From: Octopus sinensis
Lineage: Eukaryota
Assembly: GCF_006345805.1 (NCBI RefSeq)
Contig: NC_043018.1
Location: forward strand, 12,524,001-12,588,000
Reading direction: 5' to 3'
DNA: 64,000 nucleotides
The notes under the pieces are model-generated. The model made no database searches, had not been told where the DNA came from, and saw only the letters and a list, made by a program, of their open reading frames with translations. The number at the start of each line of letters is the position of its first letter. Position 1 is the stretch's first letter. This document shows positions 61,990-64,000 of this stretch, piece by piece. The position numbers and the translations under genes are program-made.

Positions 61990-62760
61990 TCAGCTAGTAA
62001 TACTTTTATGTGATGAAAACAACTCTGACAGCATACAGTCCTCAGGCTCTGTCCACATGGCATAACAAGCTAAAACAGGTTGATAGAATAAGAGGAAGTA
62101 TGAGAAAAGGCGAGAAGAAAGTAGATGCAAAAAGTGGAAGGTTTGAAAAATACGAAAAAGAAAAATATGGGTGGGGAGGATTAGAGTTATGTCCCCTTGG
62201 GCCATAAAGTCATATGGTTGAATAGAGGCCGAGAGTCTGCGATACAGCTGCTCAGTTTGGTTGATATTTTCCAATTCGCTGACAGGAACTTACCTATATG
62301 TTTGCATTTACTGGAAGTTTCAGATCTAAAATTCTGCTGTGCAGTGGAGTTCTTAGATTTAAAAAGGATCTGTGATCTTTTAGCTATGCATAGCTTACAT
62401 TTTTTTTGATCTGTTGACATATGATATGGATATTTCAACTATTTTCCAGTTGATTGTATGTGGTTAGCATAGCGATTTTTGAAGTTGCCTTCACATAACC
62501 TAATGTAGCTCTTCTTTTCAGTTATGTTATCATCTAGTGTTACTGTAATTTCTGTCTCATGTATTACAGATTTAATCATGTACCCCTAGTGTGGTGGACA
62601 GGTTCCTGGGTCTCAACAGTTACAACTGGGAGTAGGCTGTTGGTGATGTTTGTGTGTAATGATGCTCTTCATATTGGGACAACAGCTCTATGATAATTTG
62701 ATTGAGCACCTGTTAAATACCGTTTGGTACTTGTGATTTATGGGAAATCATGTTATAAAA
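61990..62760 (-). mobile_element. Penelope-like element 3' end (GIY-YIG remnant plus degenerate hammerhead at 61992-62048)
   Basis: Minus strand 'YIRLCEGNFKNRYANH', 'KKCKLC', 'NFRSETSSKCKH'; downstream AGC-CUGAGGA...AAAAGUAUUACUA-GCU. Confidence 0.7.
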
Positions 62761-63087
62761 TGCTATCTGAATTGTTTTCATTGCATGAAACTACTAGTAG
62801 CTCATAAAAATTTAAACTGTGTTTATTAAATAATACTTATCTCTCACCAGATGGAGTACCTTTTTTGTTGATCTTACCTTCTTGGTACAGTATACTATAT
62901 GTATATCATCATCATTCTTTAACATCCACCTTCCATGCTACCATGGGTTGGACAGTTTGACAGGCTCCAACAAGCCAGAAGATTTTTGAGCTCCAATGTC
63001 TGTTTTGGCATAGTTTCTATGGCTAGATGCCATTCCTCTGTGTGTGTGTGTGTGTATAAACTATATCTATTATTTTCTATCTTTCAG

Positions 63088-63219
63088 TTACTTGTTTTGA
63101 AATACGTTCAAAATAAGGATGTCTTCATGAGGTATCATAAAGCCCATCTCACACGTCGTCTTATCTTGGATACATCAGCTGATAATGAGAAAGAAGAAAA
63201 TATGGTTGAATGGCTGAGA
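63088..63219 (+). CDS. CUL5: CUL5 exon 12: LLVLKYVQNKDVFMRYHKAHLTRRLIL...ENMVEWLR
   Basis: Cullin homology domain; AG/GT; 132 nt. Confidence 0.97.
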
Positions 63220-63694
63220 GTAAGTTTAACTTATTCAAATACTCACTATCTACGTGTGTGTGTGTGTGTATATGTAACGACCTAATTATCTAAATCTTAA
63301 ATTAAATTACATCATGAAGTAGTTACAGATATATCTGGTCCCCAAACATGGAACTAAACTCAAAAAATGCTGTAACATGAAAAACATTTAAAAAACTTTA
63401 TTAGTTTATATATGTTTTAATAAATGGTTTGTATATATTTCCACAAGTATTTTATTTGATTTTCCACTCAGAGTTTAAGGTGTTTTATTTATTTTTTTCT
63501 TCTCTTTCAACTTTTATGCTTTTCAATGTTTGTTGAGACTGATATCAAGTTGGAGAAATCAACTGAAGTTAAGGTTTATTTTTTTCCTTTAATTTCTTTA
63601 ATGGAAAAAAATAAAACCTGAATTAGAAGCCATCATCATCATCTCTCTCTTTTTTTAATTTAAAAAAAAAATTTTTTTTGTTGTAATTTCTTAG

Positions 63695-63821
63695 GAGGTT
63701 GGTATGCCTGCAGATTATGTAAATAAACTAGCCAGAATGTTCCAAGATATCCAAGTCAGTGAAGATCTGAATCAAGAATTCAAAGAAGTCTTTCGAAACA
63801 ATAATAATGATGCATTGGCAG
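63695..63821 (+). CDS. CUL5: CUL5 exon 13: EVGMPADYVNKLARMFQDIQVSEDLN...DALA (gene continues beyond the window)
   Basis: Homology; AG/GT; 127 nt. Exons 1-13 total 1564 nt in one open frame. Confidence 0.96.
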
Positions 63822-64000
63822 GTGAGAAAAAGTGAAATTGAAAATTTTTTAAGCATTATAGGCACAGGCATGGCTTCCCAACCATATGGTTCTGGGTTCA
63901 GTCCCAGCATGTGGCACCTTCGGCAAGTGTCTTCTACTATAGCATTGGGCCTAATCAAAGCTTTATGAGTGGAATTGTTTCGCCCCCCCCCCCCCCCCAT

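Overview
Eukaryotic, AT-rich and repeat-dense DNA; the SINE/LINE families suggest an octopod cephalopod (inference, not checked against a database). There are three protein-coding genes. (1) An intronless DNA polymerase lambda gene (5826-7556, +) lies head-to-head with a tRNA-Ser(AGA) gene. (2) A complete six-exon prefoldin subunit 3 / VBP1 gene (35314->17210, -) has a U12-type last intron. (3) The first 13 coding exons of cullin-5 (35357->63821+, +) run off the window. The VBP1 and CUL5 start codons are only 42 bp apart, around a central TCTCGCGAGA palindrome. The remainder is decayed RTE-like LINEs, Penelope-like elements (several with type I hammerhead ribozyme motifs), tRNA-derived SINEs, Tc1/mariner, Merlin, hAT-MITE, Helitron and Gypsy fragments, microsatellites, a 189-bp-arm palindrome and a ~931-bp tandem duplication. 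Exons were assembled by eye from translation and splice signals; repeat boundaries are approximate unless a TIR or TSD is given.
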